Shown here piece after piece: positions 9,438-19,562 of a DNA stretch of 64,000 nucleotides (position 1 is the stretch's first letter; each line of letters starts with the position of its first letter). The stretch is taken from assembly GCA_964545075.1 (NCBI GenBank), contig CAZJFS010000003.1:18661-82660 (forward strand). The letters are read 5' to 3'. The position numbers were made by a program, and so were the translations under genes. The notes under the pieces are model-generated. The model did no database searches. It saw only the letters and a list, made by a program, of their open reading frames with translations, and was not told where the DNA came from. This stretch comes from an uncultured bacterium. GTDB lineage: Bacteria > Muiribacteriota > UBA9980.

Positions 9438-10559
9438 TTATTGAATGGGCATTTCCTCGTCTTCGTCGGACTTCTGAAGTTTTTCTGTAAGGCTTTCTTT
9501 GAGAGCGGTCCATTTCGGATAAACTTTAATAGCCGTTTCATACGCTTCGCGGGCGGCTTTTTCATTTCCGGCCTGCCGCAGCGATCTTATAATTGTAAGA
9601 TACATATTGGCGAGTTTATTGTCGATTTTTAATGCCTGTTTCATAGCTTCCTGCATCGCCGCAGTATCTTTTTTTTCAAGAGCCGCGTAAAAAGCGTTTT
9701 CGGCGGGCGCAAGCTTAAGCGACTGAAAATATGCTTCGCCTGCGAGTTTTTCGAGTATCGGCGCTTCTTCCGCGTCGACGTCCCTGTTATATTTTTCGTA
9801 ATCTAAAGCTATGCGGTCGTCGAGTTTATATATCTCGTAAAAGTCGCCGTGACGTGAGCAGCTTGCTATAACTTCAAGATTCGCTGAATCCGTTCCGCGC
9901 ACAAGCGCGAGCTTTATTTCTCCGTCTTCGGGGCATTTAGGGATATCCTTTAAAAGTTTTTTCGATTTGAGCGTTTCGAAATTAACGCCGGCCGGGGCCT
10001 GCATGTCCTCGTAAAAATTATTCAGAAGGCTGGCCACCTTATAGACCGCGCGGGTGTTAAGGTAGCACTTGCGGCGTTTATCATTCATCTTCTGATAGCG
10101 TTTTTCCGAGATTGAATTTATCTTAAGCGCTTGAGGCGTGTCGCGGATAATGTTGAATTCCTGGCGGATCGTCTCGCCGTCTCCGGTATATGTGCAGATC
10201 GCGTCGCCTGAAGGGTTTATTTCAACGGCGCGCTTATAGTTTTTTAATATGTAGCCGTCGATGAAGTAATTATTATGAAGGTCTATTTCGGTAACTTCCG
10301 TCGATATTAATTTTTCATAATTGTTATTGCCGGCCGCAATGGAATCGAGAAACTCGTTTATTATGTTCGCCGCCGCTTTTTTCTCGGACTCGCTGAAAGG
10401 TTTAACCGTTGATTCGGCGGCCGGTTCGGCGGTCTGAGGCGCGATAGCGGATCCGGCCTGCGATACTTGAGGCAAGAGTGAAAAAGCCAATATTAAAGAA
10501 ATTTTAGCCGTGCGTTTCAGTAAGTTAATAAAGCCGGACTTCGATATTTCTGAGATCAT
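9438..10559 (-). CDS. Secreted hypothetical protein with a C-terminal TPR-like helical region
   Basis: It has a signal peptide (LILAFSLLPQVSQAGSA). The C-terminus contains TPR-like helices (AYETAIKVYPKW). Confidence 0.5.
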   Translation of the reverse strand: MISEISKSGFINLLKRTAKISLILAFSLLPQVSQAGSAIAPQTAEPAAESTVKPFSESEKKAAANIINEFLDSIAAGNNNYEKLISTEVTEIDLHNNYFIDGYILKNYKRAVEINPSGDAICTYTGDGETIRQEFNIIRDTPQALKINSISEKRYQKMNDKRRKCYLNTRAVYKVASLLNNFYEDMQAPAGVNFETLKSKKLLKDIPKCPEDGEIKLALVRGTDSANLEVIASCSRHGDFYEIYKLDDRIALDYEKYNRDVDAEEAPILEKLAGEAYFQSLKLAPAENAFYAALEKKDTAAMQEAMKQALKIDNKLANMYLTIIRSLRQAGNEKAAREAYETAIKVYPKWTALKESLTEKLQKSDEDEEMPIQ

Positions 10560-10653
10560 TTAATATTTTCCTCCACAAAATTCCTGGAATCAAATTAATA
10601 TAAGCTTATAAAAGCCTAATTATATCATAAATTAATGCCGATATCAAGATATA

Positions 10654-11526
10654 ATGAAACGTAAAACCAAACTTTCGTTTTCGATTTTATTAATATTCGT
10701 ATTTTCGAGCATTTTTTCGTCCGGAGCGGAAGTGCGTTTATGCGTCGCGTCGCAAAGCCTTATACTCACGGGCGTCGTGACATCGCAAAAAACTGGAGCC
10801 ACGCTTACAAGCGGCGTCGTTATAATCAATAACGGCGAGCCGCTGGATCCGGTTCTAAGCGGAAACGGGGAATACAGAATATATCTTATGCCCGGCGATA
10901 ATTCAGTCGTATTTAAAAAAGCGGGTTATTATGACGCGACTTTTGAAGTGAATTTCAAAAATATATTAAATCACGAATATATAAAATATAAGAACGTGGA
11001 GCTTGCGCCCCGCGAAAAGAATCTCAGAATATGCGGAATCGTTAAAGACAGGGTTACGACCGAAACCATAAAAAAAGCGGAAATCAGAATAAACCGGCAG
11101 ATACTTTTAACCAATAATGAAGGCTATTTTGAGTGTATGGAGAACTTTGGAGACTTTGAGATATCCGCGGCCGCGAACGGTTATTTTCCTTATAATGAAA
11201 AAATAAAAAAAGAAAAAGCGGAATCCGGCCCTTTGGCCGTGATGCTTGAAAGGCATACGATACATTCCGCGATACGCGGAATCGTGGCGGAAAAATCGAC
11301 CCATGAGCCGATAAGGGACGCTCTTGTCGACATCGCCGGGATGAGAGTTTTGACGGATGAAGAAGGTAATTTTGAATTTCGCGTGCCCAGATCCGGGAAG
11401 CAGCTTTTAAGATGCAGCGCCGAAGGGTATGAAAGGGTTTTTCAGACCGTGAAACTGATACCCGGGAATAATAAAATATCGATTTTTTTAAATAAGAAGG
11501 ATAGCAGGGTAAAGAGCAAGAAATGA
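10654..11526 (+). CDS. Secreted protein with three carboxypeptidase-regulatory-like (CarbopepD_reg) beta-sandwich repeats
   Basis: It has a signal peptide. The repeats are seen at LTGVVTSQKTG…, ICGIVKDRVTTE… and IRGIVAEKSTHEP…TDEEGNFEF. Confidence 0.5.
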   Translation: MKRKTKLSFSILLIFVFSSIFSSGAEVRLCVASQSLILTGVVTSQKTGATLTSGVVIINNGEPLDPVLSGNGEYRIYLMPGDNSVVFKKAGYYDATFEVNFKNILNHEYIKYKNVELAPREKNLRICGIVKDRVTTETIKKAEIRINRQILLTNNEGYFECMENFGDFEISAAANGYFPYNEKIKKEKAESGPLAVMLERHTIHSAIRGIVAEKSTHEPIRDALVDIAGMRVLTDEEGNFEFRVPRSGKQLLRCSAEGYERVFQTVKLIPGNNKISIFLNKKDSRVKSKK

Positions 11527-12038
11527 AGAAAATGCTCGCCACGTCACATATATTCATAGCCATGGCCGTTCTTTTGGTCATAATGAGCAGCGGCTGCATT
11601 CAAAAGGAGAACGACGTCTTCTGCGTAGGAAACAACTATTCCGACGAGGACCCAATTAAGGAGCTTTTGAAAAATTACTGCGATTGTCTCAACAAGCGCG
11701 ATCTGAACGCGCTCATGAATTGCTTCGATGAGAAAATAAATTTTCCGGATAAGATCAATACCGCGCTCCAGATTACTTATCGCGGGCTTTTATACGATTA
11801 TAAGGACTTCTTTGAAAAGATAGAATCGATAGGCTATGAATTCAATGATACTTATATATTGATAAGCGCGCATACCGCTAAAGTCACAATGAAGCTTCGC
11901 AAACGCTACAAGGCCATATCCCCGTTTTCGTATAACGTCGATACCGTCGTCGAAGAACTTGTGATGGTGACTAAAAATGACTCGGGCGTTTGGAAGGTCA
12001 CCGGAATGAACGAGCTGCTTCCGCCGCGCATCTACTGA
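11523..12038 (+). CDS. Hypothetical lipoprotein
   Basis: The signal carries an SSGC lipobox. The start overlaps the upstream gene by 4 bp. Confidence 0.5.
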   Translation: MKKMLATSHIFIAMAVLLVIMSSGCIQKENDVFCVGNNYSDEDPIKELLKNYCDCLNKRDLNALMNCFDEKINFPDKINTALQITYRGLLYDYKDFFEKIESIGYEFNDTYILISAHTAKVTMKLRKRYKAISPFSYNVDTVVEELVMVTKNDSGVWKVTGMNELLPPRIY

Positions 12039-14095
12039 TCGAAGTTTTGCGGCCGCATATTTCCTTCGATATCTTCATGAGCGGCCCTTAATATTTCCGC
12101 GACGCTCCATGCCTGGCTTATACATCCGTGAGGCCTGTGCGGCGAATCTCCGTCAAAAATTTCCGAAACCGAAAATATTCCCGCTTCGTTTAAATGACGC
12201 TCGAAATTTTGAAGCGCTCCGCGGCAGAAATCAAGAGATGTTTCGCCGTATTTTTCCGCGCGAAGTTTCGCGGTTATGAACGGACCAATGAGATAGGCCC
12301 AGACGGTACCCTGGTGGTAAGCAGCGTCGCGTTCGAGCCTCGTTCCCTCGTATTTAGCGGTATATTCCGGATCGGAAGGCGCCAGCGAGCGCAGCCCGAA
12401 AGGAGTTAACAGGTTTTTTTCGACCGTCGAAACCACGCTCAAAGCTTCTTTTTCGCCAAGCGCCGTGAATGGAAGGGCCGCGGCGAATATCTGATTCGGC
12501 CTTATTTTAGTTGAAACCCGCCCTTTTAAAGCGCCGGCGTCATCGAGTTCGTCGACTATGTCGTAAAGCCCGCCGGCAGGGTTTGAAAACCGTCGCGTGA
12601 AATTGTCTTTAAATCCTTGTATAATGGCTGAATTTTCATCATGCCGGCCCGACGACGTTTCCAGCTCGAAAAATCGCAGGCATAAAAGAGCGTTATACCA
12701 CAGAGCATTTATTTCTACGGCTTTTCCGGCGCGCGGCGTAATGACGTGATCGCCGATTTTGGCGTCCATCCATGTAAGTTGATACCCTTTTTCGCCGTGC
12801 GATATAAGGAAATCGGCCGGATCCATGCGGATATTGAACAGCGTCCCCTGAGAATAACTTTTAATTATGGACCTCATCGCCGGAAGAAGTTTTTCGACGA
12901 AGGCGGTTTCTCGCGTGTAAAGGTAGTATTTATAGACCGCGTAGAAGAACCACAGCGAAGCGTCAACCGTGTTATATTCAGGGGTGTCCGTGGAACGGTC
13001 GGGAAACCTGTTCGGGATTATGCCGTGCGATATATTTTCAGAGAACGTCAGAAGAATGTCGCGGCATACGTCAAAACGGCCGGTGACAAGGGTCAGTCCC
13101 GTAAGGGCTATCATCGTGTCCCGGCCCCAGTCGGTGAACCAGTGGTAACCAGCTATCACGGTTTTTTTTCCGGTCGATCTTCTTTCGACTATGAAGGAAT
13201 CCGCGCTATATGCAAGTTTTTTTATGAACTCCGATCGGGCGCCCGCGAATTTTAAAATCTGCTCGCATCTCGCTGAATTTTTCTTTTCGATGGAGGCGAA
13301 ACTGCCTTTAAAAGGAAGCTCATCTGCGGAAGCCGCGATATAAAAAATATCGTTTTCTTTCGCTTTTAAAGTGAACCGGCCGGGACAGAGGAGGTCTTCG
13401 TCGGGATTTTCGCCCCTGGACGCCTCGCGGGCCAGAAAAAAGCCTCTGCTCCAGTTTTCATTCTGTTTCGCCGCGGCGCGGTCTGAAAAGATCCTGAGTT
13501 TTTTATCGCCGAAGGTAGCGGACCTGAAAATAAAGCTCATTTCCAGGTTCGAACGGGATATTTCGTGCACGAAGCCGGGGGCCGAAGCGTCCGTGTTGCC
13601 GTGAAAATCCCGGCACGTGACCAGCGGGTATAGTTTTATAGTGAAAGGGCCGCTGCAGGCTTTGATCTCGTATTTTATGACTACGGAATTCGTTTCATAG
13701 GGCATGAATATTTTTTTGGTGACGAGAGCGTTGAAGCTTTTTCCTTCGACGCGGTAAGTTATGACGGGATCTGGGCAAAGTTCGAAAGATTCGAGATAAC
13801 GATAGCCGGCAGGCTGTATCACTTCGCCTTTGGAGTAGAGATTTGAGGCGAGAAAGAATTCCTCCGTGGCGGTCGATATTTCCTCCTCAATTTTTGAAAG
13901 CATCAAAAACCTGTCAGTGGGCGGGTTAAAGGAGGCCGTCAAAAGCCCGTGATATTTTCTGGTATTGATTAGAAACGGCGTGCCTGAAGCGAACCCGCCG
14001 AGACCGTTGGTGATTAACCATTCGCGTCCGGTGATCTTTGGGATGTCCGGGGGCTCCGCCGCCAGCCAGTCTTTTTCCAGTTTAAATTTCAACAA
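12032..14095 (-). CDS. Amylo-alpha-1,6-glucosidase / archaeal-type glycogen debranching enzyme family protein
   Basis: The N-terminus reads ITNGLGGFASGT…NTRKYHGLL. A central segment reads GYHWFTDWGRDTMIAL. The C-terminal GDE_C-like region reads LTWMDAKIGDHVITPRAGKAVEINALWYNAL. Confidence 0.8.
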   Translation of the reverse strand: MLKFKLEKDWLAAEPPDIPKITGREWLITNGLGGFASGTPFLINTRKYHGLLTASFNPPTDRFLMLSKIEEEISTATEEFFLASNLYSKGEVIQPAGYRYLESFELCPDPVITYRVEGKSFNALVTKKIFMPYETNSVVIKYEIKACSGPFTIKLYPLVTCRDFHGNTDASAPGFVHEISRSNLEMSFIFRSATFGDKKLRIFSDRAAAKQNENWSRGFFLAREASRGENPDEDLLCPGRFTLKAKENDIFYIAASADELPFKGSFASIEKKNSARCEQILKFAGARSEFIKKLAYSADSFIVERRSTGKKTVIAGYHWFTDWGRDTMIALTGLTLVTGRFDVCRDILLTFSENISHGIIPNRFPDRSTDTPEYNTVDASLWFFYAVYKYYLYTRETAFVEKLLPAMRSIIKSYSQGTLFNIRMDPADFLISHGEKGYQLTWMDAKIGDHVITPRAGKAVEINALWYNALLCLRFFELETSSGRHDENSAIIQGFKDNFTRRFSNPAGGLYDIVDELDDAGALKGRVSTKIRPNQIFAAALPFTALGEKEALSVVSTVEKNLLTPFGLRSLAPSDPEYTAKYEGTRLERDAAYHQGTVWAYLIGPFITAKLRAEKYGETSLDFCRGALQNFERHLNEAGIFSVSEIFDGDSPHRPHGCISQAWSVAEILRAAHEDIEGNMRPQNFDQ

Positions 14096-14125
14096 ATAGT
14101 TTTCCCGTTCCTCGCGGCATGATTT

Positions 14126-15652
14126 TTATTTTGGCAGCATCGCATAACCGTTCTGCCATTGAGGGTTTGCTTGTATATAAGAACCTACCATATTCTGCGC
14201 TTCTATCAGGCGGTCGTGGGTCGATGGATGGGTCGAAATAAGCCTCATGAAGGCGGGCGTCTTTTCAGGCTCATACTTGTTTTTAAGCTTTTCGAAGAAT
14301 TTCACCCCGCCGTAAGGATTATAACCGGCCATGGTGGAATATTTAAACGCGTACCTGTCGGCCTCCATCTCGTTGTCGCGGGAATATTTCAATGACATGA
14401 AGGCGTTGGCTATTTCAAGGGCCTGTTTGTTGTTTCTTACGACGCCCATCTTTGAATTGCGGATGAAATAGTCGATCATCATGGCTTTTTCAAAAGCTTT
14501 TATGGAGTGTCTTCCGACCTGATGGCCCATTTCGTGAGAAAGAACGGACGCAAGTTCGGAATCCGAAGAAATGAAATCCAGCAGCGCGCGTGTAACGTAA
14601 ATGGTTCCGCCTGGGACGGCGAAAGCGTTGACTTCCTTCATATTCATTATCTTGAATTTGTAATTGAGGTCCCTGCGCTCTGAAACCGCGGCTATTCTTG
14701 TGGCTACGCGGTTCAAGCGGGCGTTGAGGTCCGCGTCCTTATTGACGCCGTATAAAAGCTCGAGCGCGGCGCATGTCTGGACCCCGATGAGCATTTCAGT
14801 CGACTGTTCCAATTTTCTGAAGGCTTTTTTGAAAATATTTCCTCCGCCTCCGCCTCCGGAAATCTGAGGAATAGGCGTGTTAGGCGTATCGGCGAGATAA
14901 GTGACGCCAGGCGCTATCGCTTTTACAGGGAATAGCGGGCCCGAAGTTTTTCCGGGGACCGCGCTTCTTCCGTTTTGATCGTTTTTAGCGGAAGCGGTTT
15001 CAAGCTTTTGCGGTTCGGCTTTTTTGGCAAGATATTCGCGGTATGCTTTCTGGTATTCTACATAGGCGTCATGTTTTTCGCTTGATCCTGCAGGCGTGCT
15101 CCTGTATTTTTCATAAGCTTCGTCGGATTTTGCTTTAGCGTTTTCCAAATCCGAGCCGTTCTGATAAGTTTTTTTCTCCGGTGATGATTTTTTATCAGTT
15201 TTTTGCGTCGAATAATTGCGCGTTATGACGCCGTCATTGCTTTTTTCATCTTCGTTTTCTTTTTTTGAAGAAACTTTGGCGTTCGAGTTTTCGCGGTATA
15301 TTTTAAGATATTCATCGTACAAACGGTTTTTTTCAGTTCCGGCCGGCGCATTTTTATATTTTTCGTAAGCGATATTTACCGCGTCGTCGGAAGAGTGTTT
15401 GGATGTTTTATCGATGACGGAACCGCTTTCATTTTTTTTATTTTTGGAGCATTCACGAAGATATTCCTGGTAAAGTTCAGCTTTTACAGCGGAGTTTTCA
15501 GGCTCATTTTTGTATCGCTCATAAAGTTCGTCGCTTTTCGACATGCCTTCGTCCCCACTTTCAGCCCTCGCCGCGATGGAGTTAAACGGATCGAATATCA
15601 GGCAAGATACGGTAAGAGCTAAAAAGATTTGTTTTAGCAATGAATTTGGCAT
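14126..15652 (-). CDS. Secreted M48-family zinc metalloprotease with three N-terminal ~40-aa helical repeats
   Basis: HEMGHQV is an HEXXH motif. It has a signal peptide. The repeat YE(K/R)YKN…YxEYL occurs three times. Confidence 0.75.
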   Translation of the reverse strand: MPNSLLKQIFLALTVSCLIFDPFNSIAARAESGDEGMSKSDELYERYKNEPENSAVKAELYQEYLRECSKNKKNESGSVIDKTSKHSSDDAVNIAYEKYKNAPAGTEKNRLYDEYLKIYRENSNAKVSSKKENEDEKSNDGVITRNYSTQKTDKKSSPEKKTYQNGSDLENAKAKSDEAYEKYRSTPAGSSEKHDAYVEYQKAYREYLAKKAEPQKLETASAKNDQNGRSAVPGKTSGPLFPVKAIAPGVTYLADTPNTPIPQISGGGGGGNIFKKAFRKLEQSTEMLIGVQTCAALELLYGVNKDADLNARLNRVATRIAAVSERRDLNYKFKIMNMKEVNAFAVPGGTIYVTRALLDFISSDSELASVLSHEMGHQVGRHSIKAFEKAMMIDYFIRNSKMGVVRNNKQALEIANAFMSLKYSRDNEMEADRYAFKYSTMAGYNPYGGVKFFEKLKNKYEPEKTPAFMRLISTHPSTHDRLIEAQNMVGSYIQANPQWQNGYAMLPK

Positions 15653-15715
15653 TGGGAATCACCTCTTTTTTGAAAAAATTTGTTGATGTACTTATGTTGA
15701 TAAGTCAAGCAAGTT

Positions 15716-16267
15716 TCATTCCTTCCAGAGTCCGAGCTTTTTTTCTTTTGCATATTTGTAAGCGTCTAAAAATTTTCCGCTATAGCGAACATTTGGAGGA
15801 ACCGTCATAACGTTAGCGTAACCAGCTTTTATTATTTCCTCGTTAAGCATTTTTCCTGAAGGGAGATAGATATAGCCTAGAAGCCTTCCGTACCTATCTC
15901 GAAGCGTTACGTCAAATTCGATATTTATGATTTCATCTTTTTTTAAAAGACCTTTGACGAAAGTTGAGGCTAGTCGCCCCAGCTCGAGTATGGATGAAAC
16001 GTCCGTATGGCTGCGGCGGGCATCGCGTGAGGCTTTTGATCCGTTATAGCTTTCGGGGGTGTCTATACCGATAAGCCTTATGCTCTCATTTTTTCCGGAA
16101 TAATTAATTTTAAGAGTGTCGCCGTCGACGACCCTTATAAACCTGGCTTCCACGGCAAAAAGTTGCGTATGAATAACGGATAATAAAATTAAAGCCAATA
16201 ACATCGCCGGAAAAATTCTAATTAAAACTCTCACGAAACACTTCCTTAAAGCAATCGGGATGAGCAT
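15716..16267 (-). CDS. Staphylococcal-nuclease (SNase/thermonuclease)-like nuclease
   Basis: The motifs VVDGDTLKI…RLIGIDTPES…RYGRLLGYIYL are typical of this family. It has a signal or TM N-terminus. Confidence 0.75.
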   Translation of the reverse strand: MLIPIALRKCFVRVLIRIFPAMLLALILLSVIHTQLFAVEARFIRVVDGDTLKINYSGKNESIRLIGIDTPESYNGSKASRDARRSHTDVSSILELGRLASTFVKGLLKKDEIINIEFDVTLRDRYGRLLGYIYLPSGKMLNEEIIKAGYANVMTVPPNVRYSGKFLDAYKYAKEKKLGLWKE

Positions 16268-16432
16268 ACTCTTCTTTAAAACATATTATACCCTTTTTTA
16301 ATTTTTTTTTCAAGCGGCCGATTTGGGCCGGGCGTTATTTTTTAACTTAAAAACATATATCTTGACACATAAAAATCTGTAATGTAAAATAAAAAGTGAA
16401 CTTAAAAGCATATTTTTAAAATTATCGTATTA

Positions 16433-19400
16433 TTGATTTTTATGACGCAAGATATTAAATTGAATAATAATTCTTTTCAAGATAGCGAGCTTGTCCGAGT
16501 TTCTCTTGAAAAACTTCAAATACCCGCTTTCTGGATGGACCGTCTTGGAAAGATCGTAAAGTTCAACCAGGCGGCGCCGTATTCTCTGGACTATTCGCCA
16601 GAAGAGTTTTTAAGGCTTTCCGGCTGGGACGTGGATGAATCAATTTCAAAGGACGCGTGGGCGTCTCATTTTGAATCAGTTAAAAAGCACGGATGGCTTA
16701 ATTTCCACAGCCGTTATAGAAATAAAAATTCCGTTTTGATCCCCGTTGAAGTAAATATTCATTTCATCGAATCTGGCGGCGGCGAATTTCTTTTTGCCTG
16801 CGCCGCCGATATGCGCGAACGCAAGGATATTTTGAGAACGTTAAGCGAAAGTGAGATCAAGTTCCGTTCGCTTATGGAAACTACTTCGGCGGCTATTTTT
16901 ATATATCAGGGCGACAAGTTCAAATACGCCAATCCCGCGATGTTGAAATTGACCGGATATAGCGCTGAAGAGCTTTATAAAAAGGATTTATGGCAGAAAG
17001 CCGATCCGGATTCCTACGAGCATATAAAAAAAATAGTCGCCGCCTGCCTTAAAGGCGAGGCGGCTCCGTTGAATTATGAAATGAGATCTTTTACTAAGAA
17101 CAAAGAGCTGAAATGGCTTGATGTTACGGCTGGAGTGATCGAGTACAACTCGAAACCGGCCGTTATCGTGACCGCGCTTGATGTAACGGAGAGGAAAGCC
17201 GCGGGTGAATTGCTTGAGAGCAAGGTTAACGAGAGGACAGCCGCTTACCGCGAAATTCATCAGGAGCTTGAAAACAATAAAAATTTTCTGGACGCGGTTA
17301 TAAACTCGATAGTCGATCCTGTTTTAGTAAAAGACGAAAACCATAAATGGGTTCTTTTAAACAACTCTTATTGTGAGTTTATGGGACATTCACGCGAAGA
17401 ACTTATAGGCAGATCCGATCCTGATTTTTTTCCGGCGGATGAAAGCAACGTTTTCTGGCAGAAGGATGAAATGGTTTTAAAAACCGGGCTTGCGAATGAA
17501 AACGAAGAAAAATTCACGGACTCTAAAGGCGATATTCACATCGTATTCACGAAAAAAAGTCTTTTTATAGATAATTTCAAAAATAAATTTATCGTCGGGG
17601 TCGTAAGGGATATTACCGAGGTCAAAAAAACGCAGGAAGAAATCAGAGAAAATCTCCGGCTTGTCGAGGCGCTCATATCGTCGATGCCGCATCCTGTTTT
17701 TTATAAGGACCGTAAAAAGAAATATATAGGATTTAATAAGGCTTTCAGTGATTTCTGCGGAAATGACTTCGCAAGCATCGTCGGAAAAGAAATATTCGAT
17801 GTTTTTCCATTTGATATAGCCGCAAGATTTAACGAGCAGGACGTTAAACTCTTGGAAGAGGGCGGAACGTGCGTTACCGAGTGCCAGCTTTATAATCACG
17901 TTATGAAACAGATGCGCGACATGCTGATAACCAAGTCCGCGTTCCATGACGCATCCGGCGCCATTTCCGGCATAATCGGCACCATGATAGACATAACCGC
18001 GCAAAAAAGAAACGAGGAAGCGCTTCGCGTCAGCGAGGCTAAATACAGGACCATCATTGAAAATACCGAATCGGTCGTCCTGACTTTCGATCCCGGCGGC
18101 GTTATAACCTACGTAAGCCCTAAGGTCAAGCAATTTGGGTATGAACCTCGTGATGTGATCGGATGCGCTATATCTAAATTCATTCATTCCGATGATCTGC
18201 CAATGGTTATGAAGGGTTTTCAAAAAATACTCAAGTACGGACGTAATATTCCCATTACGTTCCGGGTATTAGCTAGCGATGGCGAATATAGATTAGTCGA
18301 GGAGGCCGGCTCCGCCATTTACGATGAGAGCGGGAAAGCAATATTTGTAACTAGCATTTTACGCGATATAACTGAAAAAAGAAAAATGGAAGAGGAAATA
18401 ATAAGGACTTCCAAGCTCGAGTCTCTCGGCATATTGGCCGGCGGGATCGCTCATGATTTTAATAACGTCCTGATGGGGGTCATTGGAAATCTTAATCTCG
18501 CCAAACGCCGCATTAAATCAGATGAAAAAACGCACGAGATATTATTGCGGGCTGAAAATGTAGCTTATAAAGCGAAAAAGCTTACGGAACAACTGATAAC
18601 TTTTTCGAAAGGCGGAGTTCCAATAAAAAACTGGGGTTTTGTCGGCGAAATAGTTCGGGAATCGGTAACCTTCGCGCTTAGCGGGGCAAACGTTACGTGC
18701 AGGATTAAAATAGACGACGGGCTCTGGCCGTGCGAGGTCGACGAAAACCAGATAGCTCAGGTAATAACGAATCTCGTCATAAACGCGCAGCAGGCGATGG
18801 CGGACGGTGGATCCATAGAAGTGGAGTGCGCGAATGTCGATGTCGAAAATAATTTGAATCTCGGGATCGGCCGGGGAAGATATGTAGTGATTTCAGTTAT
18901 AGATCACGGGTGCGGGCTAAACGAGGAAATCAAGCAGAAAATTTTCGACCCGTATTTTACCACTAAAAAAACGGGAAGCGGATTGGGGCTTTCCACGTCA
19001 TATTCCATAATTAAGAACCATGGAGGCACGATAGCCGTTGAATCAAAGCCGATGGCGGGCTCCGTTTTCAAGGTATATATCCCGGCCGCCAATAACAAAG
19101 GAATCGCCGGCAAGGCAGTTTCCGAAATTTTTGAAACGTCGCCCGCAAGAAAGCGCATACTCGTGATGGACGATGACGATAGCGTGCTGCTGCCTATATA
19201 TGAAATGCTTACGGAAGCCGGACATGAAGTCGAGATATCCAGAAACGGCGCTGAAGCCGTCAATCAGTTCTTGAAATTTAAAAAACTTGAAAAGCCTTTT
19301 GACCTCATAATAATGGATCTTGTCGTAAAGGGCGGTTCGGGCGGCTGCGAGGCCGTAAAAAAAATACGCGAAATAGACCCTTCGGTCAAGGCGATCGTTT

Positions 19401-19531
19401 CGAGCGGATATTTAAATGATCCGGTGATGTCCGCGCCTGACAGCTACGGATTTTGCGGTATTCTCGTAAAGCCTTACAGGAGCGAAGAACTCATAAGAGC
19501 GGTTGAGCGCGCTTTAACGGCAACGGCGTAA
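16433..19531 (+). CDS. Multi-PAS hybrid sensor histidine kinase (HisKA + HATPase_c + C-terminal receiver)
   Basis: It has about 5 PAS/PAC segments. The H-box reads HDFNNVLMGVIGN. The G-boxes read DHGCGLNEE…TGSGLGLS. The receiver region reads ILVMDDDDSV…DLIIMDLVV. Confidence 0.85.
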   Translation: MIFMTQDIKLNNNSFQDSELVRVSLEKLQIPAFWMDRLGKIVKFNQAAPYSLDYSPEEFLRLSGWDVDESISKDAWASHFESVKKHGWLNFHSRYRNKNSVLIPVEVNIHFIESGGGEFLFACAADMRERKDILRTLSESEIKFRSLMETTSAAIFIYQGDKFKYANPAMLKLTGYSAEELYKKDLWQKADPDSYEHIKKIVAACLKGEAAPLNYEMRSFTKNKELKWLDVTAGVIEYNSKPAVIVTALDVTERKAAGELLESKVNERTAAYREIHQELENNKNFLDAVINSIVDPVLVKDENHKWVLLNNSYCEFMGHSREELIGRSDPDFFPADESNVFWQKDEMVLKTGLANENEEKFTDSKGDIHIVFTKKSLFIDNFKNKFIVGVVRDITEVKKTQEEIRENLRLVEALISSMPHPVFYKDRKKKYIGFNKAFSDFCGNDFASIVGKEIFDVFPFDIAARFNEQDVKLLEEGGTCVTECQLYNHVMKQMRDMLITKSAFHDASGAISGIIGTMIDITAQKRNEEALRVSEAKYRTIIENTESVVLTFDPGGVITYVSPKVKQFGYEPRDVIGCAISKFIHSDDLPMVMKGFQKILKYGRNIPITFRVLASDGEYRLVEEAGSAIYDESGKAIFVTSILRDITEKRKMEEEIIRTSKLESLGILAGGIAHDFNNVLMGVIGNLNLAKRRIKSDEKTHEILLRAENVAYKAKKLTEQLITFSKGGVPIKNWGFVGEIVRESVTFALSGANVTCRIKIDDGLWPCEVDENQIAQVITNLVINAQQAMADGGSIEVECANVDVENNLNLGIGRGRYVVISVIDHGCGLNEEIKQKIFDPYFTTKKTGSGLGLSTSYSIIKNHGGTIAVESKPMAGSVFKVYIPAANNKGIAGKAVSEIFETSPARKRILVMDDDDSVLLPIYEMLTEAGHEVEISRNGAEAVNQFLKFKKLEKPFDLIIMDLVVKGGSGGCEAVKKIREIDPSVKAIVSSGYLNDPVMSAPDSYGFCGILVKPYRSEELIRAVERALTATA

Positions 19532-19562
19532 AACGCGTTTAACGATATGCGAAATGGGCCTG

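Noticed and set aside
12746-13255. A 169-aa plus-strand ORF inside the glycogen debranching enzyme gene.
   Set aside because: It is antisense to a gene with clear family-level homology, so it is an overlap artefact.
17477-18223. A 248-aa minus-strand ORF inside the hybrid histidine kinase gene.
   Set aside because: It is fully embedded antisense in a gene with clear PAS/HisKA homology and has no RBS or recognisable domains.
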